Assembly: GCA_030141605.1 (NCBI GenBank)
Contig: JAQGDQ010001023.1
Span: 5,629-69,628, forward strand
DNA length: 64,000 bases
Direction: 5' to 3'
From: Tubiluchus corallicola
Taxonomy: Eukaryota > Animalia > Priapulida
The first letter of the stretch is position 1. Each line of letters opens with the position of its first letter. Both the position numbers and the translations under genes were made by a program. The notes beneath the pieces are model-generated. The model saw nothing but the letters and a program-made list of their open reading frames with translations. It was not told the origin of the DNA and made no database searches. Below are positions 1 to 15,672 of the stretch, one piece after another.

Positions 1-2587
1 TGTAAAGTCAAAATTCATTCAATGTTTTTCTTCAAACTTGTAAAGTCAAAATTCATTCCATGTTCTTCTTCAAACTTGTAAAGTCAAAATTCATTCCGTG
101 TTTTTCTTCAAACTTGTAAAGTCAAAATTCATTCCGTGTTTTTCTTCAAACTTGTAAAGTTAAAATTCATTCCATGTATTTCTTTAAACTTGTAAAGTCA
201 AAATTCATTCCGTGTTTTTCTTCAAACTTGTAAAGTCAAAATTCATTCCGTGTTTTTCTTCAAACTTGTAAAGTCAAAATTCATTCCGTGTTTTTCTTCA
301 AACTTGTAAAGTCAAAATTCATTCCGTGTTTTTCTTCAAACTTGTAAAGTCAAAATTCATTCCATGTTTTTCTTCAAACTTGTGAAGTTAAAATTCATTC
401 CATGTATTTCTTTAAACTTGTAAAGTCAAAATTCATTCAATGTTTTTCTTCAAACTTGTAAAGTCAAAATTCATTCAATGTTTTTCTTCAAACTTGTAAA
501 GTCAAAATTCATTCCATGTTTTTCTTCAAACTTGTAAAGTTAAAATTCATTCCATGTTCTTCTTCAAACTTGAAAAGTCAAAATTCATTCAATGTTTTTC
601 TTCAAACTTGTAAAGTCAAAATTCATTCAATGTTTTTCTTTAAACTTGTAAAGTCAAAATTCATTCAATGTTTTTCTTCAAACTTGTAAAGTCAAAATTC
701 ATTCAATGTTTTTCTTCAAACTTGTAAAGTCAAAATTCATTCCATGTTCTTCTTCAAACTTGTAAAGTTAAAATTCATTCCATGTATTTCTTCAAACTTG
801 TAAAGTCAAAATTCATTCAATGTTTTTCTTCAAACTTGTAAAGTCAAAATTCATTCCACGTTTTTCTTCAAACTTGTGAAGTCAAAATTCATTCCATGTT
901 TTTCTTCAAACTTGTAAAGTCAAAATTCATTCCACGTTTTTCTTCAAACTTGTAAAGTCAAAATTCATTCCACGTTTTTCTTCAAACTTGTAAAGTCAAA
1001 ATTCATTCCATGTTCTTCTTCAAACTTGTAAAGTCAAAATTCATTCCACGTTTTTCTTCAAACTTGTAAAGTCAAAATTCATTCCACGTTTTTCTTCAAA
1101 CTTGTGAAGTCAAAATTCATTCCACGTTTTTCTTCAAACTTGTAAAGTCAAAATTCATTCCATGTTTTTCTTCAAACTTGTAAAGTCAAAATTCATTCCA
1201 TGTTTTTCTTTAAACTTGTGAAGTTAAAATTCATTCCATGTTCTTCTTCAAACTTGTAAAGTCAAAATTCATTCCATGTTTTTCTTCAAACTTGTGAAGT
1301 TAAAATTCATTCCATGTATTTCTTTAAACTTGTAAAGTCAAAATTCATTCAATGTTTTTCTTCAAACTTGTAAAGTCAAAATTCATTCAATGTTTTTCTT
1401 TAAACTTGTAAAGTCAAAATTCATTCCATGTTTTTCTTCAAACTTGTGAAGTTAAAATTCATTCCATGTATTTCTTTAAACTTGTAAAGTCAAAATTCAT
1501 TCCATGTTCTTCTTCAAACTTGTAAAGTCAAAATTCATTCCATGTTCTTCTTCAAACTTGTAAAGTCAAAATTCATTCCATGTTCTTCTTCAAACTTGTA
1601 AAGTCAAAATTCATTCCATGTTCTTCTTCTAACTTGAAAAGTCAAAATTCATTCAATGTTTTTCTTCAAACTTGTAAAGTCAAAATTCATTCCGTGTTTT
1701 TCTTCAAACTTGTAAAGTCAAAATTCATTCAATGTTTTTCTTCAAACTTGTAAAGTCAAAATTCATTCCATGTTTTTCTTCAAACTTGTAAAGTCAAAAT
1801 TCATTCAATGTTTTTCTTCAAACTTGTAAAGTCAAAATTCATTCCACGTTTTTCTTCAAACTTGTAAAGTCAAAATTCATTCCATGTTTTTCTTCAAACT
1901 TGTAAAGTCAAAATTCATTCCATGTTTTTCTTCAAACTTGTAAAGTCAAAATTCATTCCATGTTTTTCTTCAAACTTGTAAAGTCAAAATTCATTCCATG
2001 TTTTTCTTCAAACTTGTAAAGTCAAAATTCATTCCATGTTTTTCTTCTAACTTGAAAAGTCAAAATTCATTCCATGTCTTTCTTCAAACTTGTAAAGTCA
2101 AAATTCATTCCGTGTTTTTCTTCAAACTTGTAAAGTCAAAATTCATTCAATGTTTTTCTTCAAACTTGTAAAGTCAAAATTCATTCCATGTTTTTCTTCA
2201 AACTTGTAAAGTCAAAATTCATTCAATGTTTTTCTTCAAACTTGTAAAGTCAAAATTCATTCCACGTTTTTCTTCAAACTTGTAAAGTCAAAATTCATTC
2301 CATGTTTTTCTTCAAACTTGTAAAGTCAAAATTCATTCCATGTTCTTCTTCAAACTTGTAAAGTCAAAATTCATTCCATGTTTTTCTTCAAACTTGTAAA
2401 GTCAAAATTCATTCCATGTTTTTCTTCAAACTTGTAAAGTTAAAATTCATTCAATGTTTTTCTTCAAACTTGTAAAGTCAAAATTCATTCCATGTTTTTC
2501 TTCAAACTTGTAAAGTCAAAATTCATTCAATGTTTTTCTTTAAACTTGTAAAGTCAAAATTCATTCAATGTTTTTCTTCAAACTTGT
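1..2587. repeat. 38-bp tandem satellite (TGTAAAGTCAAAATTCATTCCATGTTTTTCTTCAAACT), ~68 copies, runs off left edge
   Basis: Unit recurs with 38-nt period and only point variants. Confidence 0.97.
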
Positions 2588-3349
2588 TCATTAAAAATTT
2601 AACTTTTCAAAACTTCTTCATTTTGCAGCCGAGCAAAGATTTCTGTTGAAGATGTATGTCTTTCCCAGAAAAACATGAAACCGTAATGCAGCTGCTGTTT
2701 TGAATGAAAAGATTTGATTTTCTGCAGTGCCAATTAATATGGTATTGATAACAATTATTAGATGAAATGCGTCATTGTGAAAATAATAACTATTGTAAAG
2801 TCGATGCGGTCTAGTAAGAAAATTTTTTGAACTGTGCAAGGTTGTGTTTTTCTTTTCGGTGAACTTTTCTGGATGTTCACGAAATAGTACATGAGTTGTT
2901 AAATTTGTCATACAGAACTTGGAATATTAGTCTGATAATAACTTATAATGTTAATATAGGACTGACAATAGTTAATATAGGACTTACAATATTGGAAATA
3001 TAACACATATAAAATTTATAAATATAAATGTAAACGCTTATTATAGAATAGAATAAACAATTGTAAAATACAATGATTTATGTTTATATGTATATTACTT
3101 TTTATCTGTATAATTCGAATTTTTCTCTACATATGATAAACGAATATTAGAAAATTGCCGCCATATTGGACAACTTGATGCCAAATTGAATAATTTCAAA
3201 CAGAAATTGAGCAACTAATTGGAGCCCATTGCCTTGATATTAAGCTCCTAAACATGCGTAAACTGTGGGCAAATGTAGTATGTTAAGACTGAGCATAAGA
3301 TATGAAATAAAATTATTTATTTTATTTATGAATAAATAAATGAACTTAC

Positions 3350-3421
3350 AATTTATCTAAGACTGGAAGATTGTGAAAGCAATCACTGCCTATCCTTTCC
3401 AACTTGTTATGACTTAACAAC
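3350..3421 (-). CDS. Host LRR gene, 72-nt LRR exon (LLSHNKLERIGSDCFHNLPVLDKL); most downstream exon seen in window
   Basis: ttttattgtAG acceptor, GTAAGT donor, exactly 72 nt, phase 2/2, canonical LxxNxLxxIxxxxFxxLxxLxxL. Confidence 0.9.
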
Positions 3422-3604
3422 CTACAATAAAAATCATATGTTTTTAAACTTCAATGCTAAAACTTTTAGATATTTGTTAGATTTATACAAAAACACTTAA
3501 ACAGAACTTGAAATAATGGAAAAATAAATTTTCAAATAAATAAATAAACAATTTTTTTAGTTAAGCTTTCAAAAACAGAATTGCAAATGCTTTCAATTAG
3601 ATAT

Positions 3605-3865
3605 GAAAATGTTCTCAACAGAGGTACAAATGCTTTCAACAGCTTTGCAAATGTTTTCAACAGAGGGGCGCACAAGCTTCCAATAGCGATGCAAATGCTT
3701 TGAATACAGATCTAAATGCTTTTCAAAGAGGTACAAATGCTTTCAACAGAGGTGCGCATGCTTTTAACAACTTTGCAAATCCTTTAAGCACAGGTGCAAA
3801 TGCTTTTCACAGAAGTACAAATGCTTTCAACAGAGGTGCAAATGTTTTCAGAGATGGAAATGCAC
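3605..3865. repeat. Degenerate 21-bp minisatellite (AAATGCTTTCAACAGAGGTGC)
   Basis: Repeated unit; explains spurious ORF 3700-3948. Confidence 0.8.
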
Positions 3866-4134
3866 AAAAACATATTTTGCTTTATAATTCCAAATCACTT
3901 ACAAACAAAACTTGCAAAACAGTCATGCTTTTGTGCTTGTTTTTTTAAATCATTTTACTAGAATTATATTCTATTTATTCTTGCCATTCAACGTTATGAA
4001 TTTGCTTGGTTAACAATTGCGCTTACATGCCGTACATTGCGCTGCAGCTGTGTTATTCGTAGAGACCACTTTGGAGAAAGCCCAAGTCAGAAAACTGTAG
4101 CCTTTATTAGACTATTCACAAACAATAGTTCAGG

Positions 4135-4375
4135 CTCCCTCTTTCTCCCTCCCTCCCCCCTCTCTCTTTCTGTGCCTCTCTTTCCCTCTTTTTCTCTTTC
4201 TGTGTCTCTTTTTCTATCTATTCTCTCCTATTTCTCTCCCTCTTTCTTACTCTTCATTTCTCTTTCTCTCTCTCACTCTCTCTCTCTTTCTCTCTCTCTG
4301 TGTCACTCTGTTTGTCTGTCATGTTTCTGCCTGTCAGTCTTTCTCTCCTTCTTCCTCCCTCTCTCCCTCTCATCT
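4135..4375. repeat. CT-rich microsatellite
   Basis: (CT)n-rich low complexity. Confidence 0.9.
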
Positions 4376-4839
4376 AACTACTTTACGTTTAATTGCTTGG
4401 CAATCACTGGGTGAGTTATTTAAAATGCCTTGCTAGAAAAAATTACAGCACAAAGACCAAAAGAAAAACCATAACAAAATCTATACTAAGGTTCCCAAAA
4501 CATAGGAATTTATTTGTAAAGAAATGTAACGATCGTAGGCTATTAAAACAGGTCTACTAAATCACTAAAATTATTAACAAGTCAAATAAAACTAAACTGA
4601 TTTTTCAAGACATTAATTTACTTTGTCAAGATTATAAGCATATTTATTTTTCAGTCTACAGAGGAAAAGAGTGGTAAAATAATAAACAACTCTTAATATG
4701 AAATATAAATAATCACTGATGGTTTTTGCGAGAGGAAGCCAGTTATAATAATGAATAAAAGCAATTCACTTAAATCACTTTAAGGGTTTCAATTTTTAGA
4801 TCATAACTTCTGTGACGTGTAACATTTTTATTGCTTTTA

Positions 4840-7004
4840 CTAAAAAAGCACCGCGACGATGAGAAGAAAAATGGCGACTGAAACAATGGTTTGTCGATGA
4901 ATCACGCCATCTACTTTTGGCAACACCTCAGGACATTCAATGTCTTTTAATTTGGCTCCTTGATAGGTAAAATTATTCTCATTATTTGTGCAGTCGATGA
5001 TTGACGACATCCACTTCTTATCCAATGCCCACTTAATGAAACAGTCGCAGACTAAATCGTTTTCTGCAACAGACGGACAACAAAGTAATAAAATTCAACA
5101 AGAGAATTGATGCAAAACATGTGAAAAGTGCTGGCTTAGTTATCTCACAAAATAAAGAGTTGTGTAATAAACTATTTTTCGTTTTCTTTCTGTTTTTCTT
5201 TCTATTCTAAGAAAAAATGCAACAAATGAAGTCACTTCAGTGAGTCTAACAAATTGTGAAACAATTCGTAATGGCTGAATAGATATAATTCATAAAAATA
5301 AGAAAAAAAGAAAAAGTTCACGCATTTCAATTGGCTGATAGTCTAATTAACTGTCGAATCTAAAACCTTAATACTTGTTAAACTTTTGACTGCAATAATA
5401 TTTCTATCGATTTCTTATCCGTCATCTTAGTGTCATGTTAGTGTTTGTATTATTATTACGATAATACTATTGCATGCGGGGCTCTAACACCATTAATTCA
5501 GTGGCAAAGGGGGTGAATTTTGGGCTACCTTGACCCACTGGGGAGGCGGTGGCTTAGTGGCATAAGGCGTCTGTAGTGTAAACAAAAGATTCATAGTTCA
5601 AATCTAGGCTGAGTTCCAACTTTTTCACATGTTTTCACGCTTTTACGATTTGTAATAGTACTATGAACTCTCCTCGTTCCCTGTAGTTTGTGGTCAAAGG
5701 CGTCTTTAATATATTGAAGAAATAGGGGTTAAAATTTACAATTCCCCACATACAACAAATTAGTTCGTGAATAGGATTAAGCTTAGAGCTATGAGCCAAG
5801 GCTGTTTGGGGGTTACGGCTAGGCTTAGGGTTATGGTTAGGGTATTATGCTGTATTTGTGTCACTCAGAGCACGTTAACTGAGAGCCTGGAAGCAGTTTA
5901 TAATTCTCCACAGAGTTTAAATACCCTGACCTTATCCTAGGCTTAACCGCAACCCTAGTCCTAACCCTAAACTTAACTTTAACACTACCCCATCTCTAAC
6001 CCAATTCTAATCCTATCCCTAATCCTAGCCCAAACCCTATTCCTACTCCTAATCCTAAGTCTAACCCCAACCCCAACCTTTTCCCTAATCTTAACCATAA
6101 TTCTAATCAGCTTCCTGAAGTAATTTCATATGTAGGGATTAGTAAAGCTTTAGCCGAGAGTTTAAAACATTTTTTAAAAAACTACTCAAACTATGAAAAA
6201 AATGATTTAATGTAAATAGAAATTAAAACTAAAATCGATAAGAATGTCAACTCATCGTTTTGATCGCTGACCAGCGATGCCTGACCATCGCAAACGTATT
6301 GTTTTTCGTTTTATTTTGTAAAAACAATATATCAATGACGTTAATTTCAATCAGCATATGTTATTTTTTGTGTCTAAAAGCCGTTTGTTGCTTGGCGATG
6401 GCGATATGTTTTACTTACGGGTAAGCTCTAATGTAATTTCCCCCTTTAGTGCTCTCTGGTCCAGTTCAATCTCTTCAATTCTTTCCAAAGCCGAATTGTC
6501 GGTTATTATGATATTTTTGATTTCCGCACTAAAGTGCAACTTCGTCGACACGTTCTGCAGGGCGTGGTTACCCACTATCTTGACTAAACCAAACGTTCCG
6601 TCCTTATGGCTAAACGTACTCAGCCAGATCTTTTCCAGCTCCTCATTCTCTACGATATGAAGCTCTTTCATCAGTATAATGGGTTGTGGATCGTCCGGAA
6701 TTCCTATCTCCTTCAGGAAGGGACAGTTGACAATGCGCAAAGACCCGATCGTCTTTCCTTTAAGAAAATTTTCCGGGAACAACTCGTCCATATACCATTC
6801 AATAATAAGAACCCTGAGTTTGGAAGGTAGCCCGGCATCAATTTCTTTCATTTTTTCTTTGTTTATTTGCGCTTCCGCCCTTCCGCACTGTACCACGCCG
6901 CATCTGCTTTGGTATGTGCATTCATCGTATTTTGTACAGCTTTCAAGTGTACCTAAGCAAAGGCACAAGAGGAATACTGTTCTCTGCATTATTCTCCTGT
7001 ACAT
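4840..7004 (-). CDS. Nested LRR paralog 1: join(7004..6419,5063..4840), 269 aa; signal peptide, Cys cap, atypical LRRs, LRRCT, hydrophobic (GPI-like) C-terminus
   Basis: Donor ACC C|GTAAGT after 6419, acceptor ttgcAG before 5063. Phase-1 join gives ...LELTQNDLVCDCFIKW...; total 810 nt in frame. AATAAA just 3' of stop (4827-4832). Homologous to the three neighbours. Start could be the second Met (MQRTV). Confidence 0.88.
5541..5618 (+). mobile_element. tRNA-derived SINE head (degenerate)
   Basis: A-box-like TGGCTTAGTGG and B-box-like GTTCAAATC at tRNA spacing; no intact cloverleaf. Confidence 0.55.
5726..6156. mobile_element. Old foldback/MITE with imperfect terminal inverted repeats and internal degenerate TTAGGG/CCCTAA-like hexamers
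   Basis: 5726-5780 resembles the reverse complement of 6100-6156; GGTTAG-like repeats on the left arm, CTAACC-like on the right arm. Confidence 0.55.
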
Positions 7005-8870
7005 TGTAAGCAGTAGAGCTTATAGATGGACGAACAGCAAATGGTTCTATTTAGGCGCAGTTGTGATGAAACTGTTTATAAACAAAACTCTGTATGGCAA
7101 CAAATGCAATTCTTCTGATTACGTCGGCAACATAGCTACGAGTAAGCTTCTGTTCTTGGTAAAATTGTTGCTCGTTTAGACTGAAAAAGAGACATCGTGA
7201 TCATTGTCAGGATTCGGTCTCCTTGCACATCACCCGCAGTTGTCTCATAGCAGCTGACCCCTTCACTAAACAACGAGGAACCTTTTCACATATTATAATC
7301 AAATATTTACTTAGTGTCACATTGCAACGAGCTAGCACGAATATTAAAACATTTGTCTAGATAAGAGTAATTATGATGTAATTTTGCCTGCAAATGTGAA
7401 TAAACGTATTATACTAAAAAACGACCTAGCTTAATATAGAAGTAAAACAATCCACATAGTAACTAATTAACGAGTTACAGAAACTCATAAAACTAAAATC
7501 CGTAAAAAAGTAAATATTATGACATGCATTCACTTTTTAAATTTAATAAGCACTTTACAGTCACCAGTCGAATATAATTGAAGCAACACTGGACTATTAA
7601 TTAAGTGCTTAAGTCTACCAAGATATTAATGAAATGGATGCAAAACACCAGTTTAATGTGCTGACCAAAAGTTTCTTTATTCTGTAATACAATGTTTAAC
7701 AATTAGTTTAATTTGCATTGAGTAGAATAGAGTTCATTGCATGATTAGATGCATGACTATAACTAAGAAAACTGACATAAAATTTATATAAGCTATATTA
7801 AAATTAATTAATAATGACTTACGTTGTTAGAGCCTTTAATAGTTACAAAGACAGGAATGAGAACTCCAAGGCCTTAAGAACAACAATGTCACAACAATAA
7901 ACTTGTAAGAAATTTAGAGTCATAATGTTCATCATAGACACAACACTAGAGCAATGGCGGAGAGAACCAAAAGACGGGTAAAATGTCATACAACTACTAT
8001 AGCTATAGCTCACGAAAGATCAAAATGCCAATGTATTCAAGGATATTAGGTGCTTCAATTTTAAAAGAGTGACTACTGTAAAAGGTAAAAAGTCTACTAA
8101 ATAAACAAACAGGTGGCAGCACCGTGGCAGTAACTAAATAAAAACTAAAAGGGGCCCATGCACCCGCTACAATTACTAATAATTATGTATAAAACAACCC
8201 GCTCAGACGTTTTCTCTCAAAGAGCAAACTTGCACGTGCGAACTCTTTTGCGAGTTACTGTAAGCAAGTTATTGAAAACTCGCCGGTAGTTACTGCCAAA
8301 TGATTTCCTGTGAGTTACTCTCTAGTGTTAGCTACTCGACGAGTTACTGTCGACACTGCTTGCAGTGAATAGAGAAGTGAGTGCCAGCTAACGCTTACTG
8401 TTAGAGTGAGTTAACTTGGCAAAAAAACTCGCTAACCTTAGCGAATCGTGCATTTTAGTGGAGATTTAAAATTATTGGTTTTCCAAACACCGGAGTAACA
8501 CACGTGCATTCTTATTGGAAATTACCGATTCAAAATCAGTACCAATCAAAAATCAGCAACTTATATGTTGTATACTTTGGAAATGAAACCACTGCCAACT
8601 AATTGAAAGCTAAAAAACAGCAGGAAAAAGTTGCAGTATTACTTTCCCAATAAATAATGTAGAAAAGAGCAAAAATTTGCTCAAAATGCGAAACCAAAAA
8701 GCCCCAAATTTTGACTTGAGGCTGAAAATAAGGAGGGATTGTTGAGGATTTGACTTATTTTTGTCGCTATCGATGCATTGTTGTCGTCATTGTTGAATTA
8801 AATATGTGCCAAGAACGACTAAGCAAGTTGATCATTAATTTTTATTAAGAAAAGCTACACCAAGAAAACA

Positions 8871-10980
<2,110 letters not shown>

Positions 10981-11189
10981 GTCCTCCTTGCAAGTGCAGT
11001 AGGAAAAGAAAATGATTCTAGAAGTTTTTGAAGGAAAATTATAGGCTGTTAAGTTAACAATGCCTTCTACAGTAACCATGAACCCAGTTACTAACTTAAC
11101 TATGTCGTTATTAGGTTGGGTCTCGAAGTTGCATTTTCCCCAAAACAATTCATTCGGGTTTTGTTCTTCATCATCGAAGTGCTTCTATG

Positions 11190-11540
11190 TTCTAAAACAT
11201 GCCACGTCCCGTCTATTGATGCCACTCATTCCTGTCCACAGTCAACACCCACGATGCATCATCCCTCAAACCTAAAGATGTATTTACTAAATCTGCTGAC
11301 GACCTCTTGGTTTTTTTCTCATTTGAAGAGCTTTACGCAATGTTGCAGGAAGAGGAGACTCTTGAGGTAATCTTAGTCCATGCCCAATCCAATGCAATCT
11401 TCTTACTTGTATTTGTTTACTCCAAGGATTCTTCTTCACCACATCACCACATTATACAGATCATCATTGGATATTCTATGGGACTATTAAATGCCTAACA
11501 GTTTTCTGTACAGTCGTCTTAGAAAAGCGTCGCTTTCCTT
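11190..11540 (-). mobile_element. RTE-like LINE ORF2 C-terminal relic
   Basis: Minus-strand translation DAFLRRLYRKLLGI..ISNDDLY..WSKQIQVRRLHWIGHGLRLP...KKPRGR, with stops and frameshifts. Confidence 0.7.
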
Positions 11541-11760
11541 CTGCTATTTAACTTTTATTGTCCATAGCCCAGTAATATTTAAAAATACACGTTCAACTAA
11601 AGTTGAAAAGATTCGGACTTTGATTTCAAGAGGGAGTCTGTTGTTTTGCAAAACCGTTGTGAGACTTGAACAAGTAGACAATGCTCGAAGTCGAAACCAA
11701 AATCTGAGTAGGAGAGGTGTGGTTTTGCTTGTGAAACTTCGGAAAAATGCAGGTTAAATG

Positions 11761-12755
11761 AATGTGCTAGCAACGGCTTCCTTAGCTACCACGTTGTTCA
11801 CGTGACGCTGGGTTTATAAACAATGCTACACAGTGAAATGTGACACGTGATTACCAATGTGCTAGCAACGGCTTCCTTAGCTACCACATCGTTCCAGTGA
11901 CGCTGGGTTTATAAACAATGCTACACAGTGAAATGTGACACGTGATTACGAATGTGCTAGCAACGGCTTCCTTAGCTACCACATCGTTCACGTGACGCTG
12001 GGTTTATAAACAATGCTACACAGTGAAATGTGACACGTGATTACCAATGTGCTAGCAACGGCTTCCTTAGCTACCACATCGTTCTCACCAAAACAACACA
12101 AAAACACAACCAACCAACCCCACCACACCACGTGACGCTGGGTTTATAAACAATGCTACACAGTGAAATGTGACACGTGATTACCAATGTGCTAGCAACG
12201 GCTTCCTTAGCTACCACATCGTTCACGTGACGCTGGGTTTATAAACAATGCTACACAGTGAAATGTGACACGTGATTACCAATGTGCTAGCAACGGCTTC
12301 CTTAGCTACCACATCGTTCTCGTGACGCTGGGTTTATAAACAATGCTACACAGTGAAATGTGACACGTGATTACGAATGTGCTAGCAACGGCTTCCTTAG
12401 CTACCGCATCGTTCACGTGACGCTGGGTTTATAAACAATGCTACACAGTGAAATGTGACACGTGATTACCAATGTGCTAGCAACGGCTTCCTTAGCTACC
12501 GCATCGTTCACGTGACGCTGGGTTTATAAACAATGCTACACAGTGAAATGTGACACGTGATTACCAATGTGCTAGCAACGGCTTCCTTAGCTACCGCATC
12601 GTTCACGTGACGCTGGGTTTATAAACAATGCTACACAGTGAAATGTGACACGTGATTACCAATGTGCTAGCAACGGCTTCCTTAGCTACCGCATCGTTCA
12701 CGTGACGCTGGGTTTATAAACAATGCTACACAGTGCAATGTGACACGTGATTACT
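11761..12755. repeat. 95-bp tandem repeat, 10 copies, usually two CACGTG per unit; 45-nt A/C-only insertion at ~12086-12130
   Basis: Units start at 11761, 11856, 11951, 12046, 12186 ... 12661. Confidence 0.95.
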
Positions 12756-13867
12756 AAACGCAAACTCTTCCAATGCGAATAATTCAACACCGCCATCTGA
12801 AATGCAAAAGGCTCGAAATGAAGTTCCAGACTTTTTTTCGAAAATAACACTTTCACCCCGGATTTCCTCATGTGTAAGTCTCTAAGAAAACCTTAGTTAG
12901 ATCATTTTCTTCCTATTTTTATGAGTTGTACGTGACCTTTAAGCAAATGTGATATCGGCATCGTTAATTTAGTGATGGTTTTATGAAGCTTCCCCCTGGC
13001 TAACAGCAGTCCTACTAGACTGTTGTTTTGCCGCTTGTATATTAGTCCATGTATTTTCGATGAAATTAATTCAAGTCACAGCTAGATAACACGCTAGCTA
13101 ATTAATGTTATTAATTAGGACTTAAACGATATTGATTTGACTAACAAGTCTGTAATAAGACAGATTCGTGTAATGACGGTTCGTTTCCGAGATATCAAAA
13201 AACCTAACTCCTAAAGATAGTCAGTTATCATATAAAATTATATGTCAATATTAATTTATTATGCACTATTCTTGTGAAATGTCTTTATTTCGTTATTTTA
13301 AATGTAAATGTTTTAAATAGGCGTCAATGAAAAGTAAATCATCTAAAAATTCAACATCGTTTTTAACTGAGAAAATGTGGATTATATTTGGCAAGACCTG
13401 AGTAAACAAATTTTTATTTATCTTTTGAGATGGAAGCTTTCTTTTTTAAACGGGATAAAATGTACCAGATATCCGGCAGCTTCCAAGTAATATTCAAGTT
13501 GTAATTGAGTTATTTGTGATTTTGATATTGTTTTGTTACACCATCATTAATTCCCAAAATAAGCTAAACTGAGATTATGTTATGAGAAAACAGTGTCTCC
13601 ACATGCGAGATTTATTTAAAAGACAAAATAAAAGCAAAAAATTAAAAAAATACAAAACGATTTTCTAATAAATCTAAAATCTTCTAAATTCTAATGTTTT
13701 AAATAAAATCTTGAAACTCATCTTCAAAAAGCTTTCCTGCACAAAATAGCAACAATGGAGTATAGGAATGTTTTTAACATTATTGAACAGCTGAAATGTT
13801 AATGAATTTTTTCCAAAAAGGAAACTTCTTCGCTAAGAAATCAGTCTATGAAGTAAGTTTTATGGAT

Positions 13868-15672
13868 TTAGGCTGCGATGAAGAACATGACAACAAAAAT
13901 GAGGAGCAGAACAGGAAGTGACATATACTGATGAACCGAGACTTCCGCTGAGAGTTCTGGGAAGCCATCACAGAACTCGTCCACTTTTACTTCTCTTTCT
14001 CTGTAGTTAAATTTAAGTGGTGAGTCACAGTCAACGATGGAAACCACCCAAGGCTTTTCTTTGGTCCATTTCATGTCACAGTCGCATATAAATTTGTTTT
14101 CTAAAAAGAGCAACAAAATTGAAAAAATAAATTTCAACTTCATAATTAGCGAAGTGTCAAAATGTGGATTAGCGTAACTAGAATTAACAAGCACCATACA
14201 CCAGAATGATAGCACATAAAAACTATTTTCTCTTATTATAGATTTGAATTCAAAATCGTTAAAGCAGTCATGTTAATGTAAGACAAGGGCATTGTCTTTG
14301 CAAATCTGTCTAATTTTATTTTAACAGAGTAGGCCTTTTCATAGTTTCATTGTGCGCATTTTTACGATCATCATCAATTGCTGGAACTGTGAAAAGGTTT
14401 ACTGGGCTGTACGTACTTAATCGTAATGTCAAACTAACGCAGGTGGTTGTTGCAATTCTGGAACCTTAACGGTGACGATCTGAGGTTCATCATCTAAGAT
14501 GCGATTCAGAACCAGCAATGGTTCGCATGTGAGCATATTTTCGCTAATTTGTATAAAGTACCAAAACTGGAACAGTGAAAAAATCGTCCAGTACAAATAT
14601 TGGTTAACCATACATTTAATTATTAGATTTGCCTGTTTAAGTTTAGGCTAGTCCTATGTAATTCTGGTGGACATACTAATTCCACTCCGGTGGACAGGCC
14701 AAAACTTTAGTAAACTACAATTAATTTAATTTTAACCTTCTGCACAAGGTTAAGATTAAGGTTATGTGACACCTTAACAGAGATGTGACCAAGGTCCACC
14801 ACAGATTAATAATTGAATAGTTGTAATAATAACGCCACAGCTTTAGAATTACAAAAGACTAGGCACTAATCGTTAAACGTGTGTAAAATGTAGTGTATTA
14901 ATAAAGTAGTTTTTAATCTATCAAATTGTCTTATCATACTGGTCTCCAACCATTAAACCATTGACTCGAAACACCTTAGCACCAATGCATCTGTACCCAG
15001 ATGCAGCTACTGAGTTCCAGGGGAAAAAACAGGCACACACTTTTGCATTTTGTTCATGACATACTTACGAGTAAGTTCCAATACAATCTTCTCGGGTTCT
15101 GCTGCCTTTGCTAAAACTGGTGCCTTTATCGTTTCCAGATTCTTGTTAAGCGTAACTGAAATTTTGTAAAGCCTTGTGCTGTTTTTGAGAATCAGCTTTA
15201 GTTCCTTTAGCTTGTCGTTTTTCGTGATGATTACTTCTTCCAGACTCTGCACTTCCGAGTCAACAGATGCGGTAGACACCATTTCCAGCTCGGGATTTTC
15301 TGCTACGACAAACGCTCTTGAAATCAGCGCTTTTACATTGTCAACTTTTTTCAGTCTTGGAGATTTCATTATATACAGTTTTTCGATCAATTTTTTGTCG
15401 AGAAAATTTCCTGGGAATTTGGCGCTTTCATACTGCAAGATACCTAGACTTTTCATAAAACCAGGCAACTTTGGTGCAATCTCCTTCATCTTGTTTTCGT
15501 CTATCTTGAAATCCGGATAAATACCGCACGTGATAATTGTACAAGTTTTGTCGTATTCACACTGTGGTAGTTTGTTGATTTCTAAACAATCAAGCTCTGA
15601 ACCATCTTCATCAAGCTCTGAACCACTGACAACAGCCAAAAATAAGGCGGACACAACAAGTTGTTTTTGCAT
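13868..15672 (-). CDS. Nested LRR paralog 3: join(15672..15069,14100..13868), 278 aa; same architecture
   Basis: MQKQLVVSALFLAVVSG signal peptide. Donor ACT C|GTAAGT, acceptor ctttttAG. Join gives ...LELTQNKFICDCDMKW...; 837 nt in frame; hydrophobic C-terminus. Confidence 0.9.

Noticed and set aside
1-2587. CRISPR-like regular repeats (also the 42-, 55-, 69- and 95-bp arrays)
   Set aside because: Units are contiguous with no unique spacers, there are no cas genes, and the context is eukaryotic.
5541-5618. Functional tRNA gene
   Set aside because: A/B boxes are present but the stems do not pair; better explained as a SINE head.
10981-11148. N-terminal extension of ORF 10360-11148
   Set aside because: Paralog comparison places the signal peptide at Met 10980; the upstream part has no homology to the other paralogs.
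14429-14611. ISENMLTCEP… as an alternative LRRCT exon in paralog 3's intron
   Set aside because: No in-phase AG acceptor; lacks the CxC, W and DC motifs.
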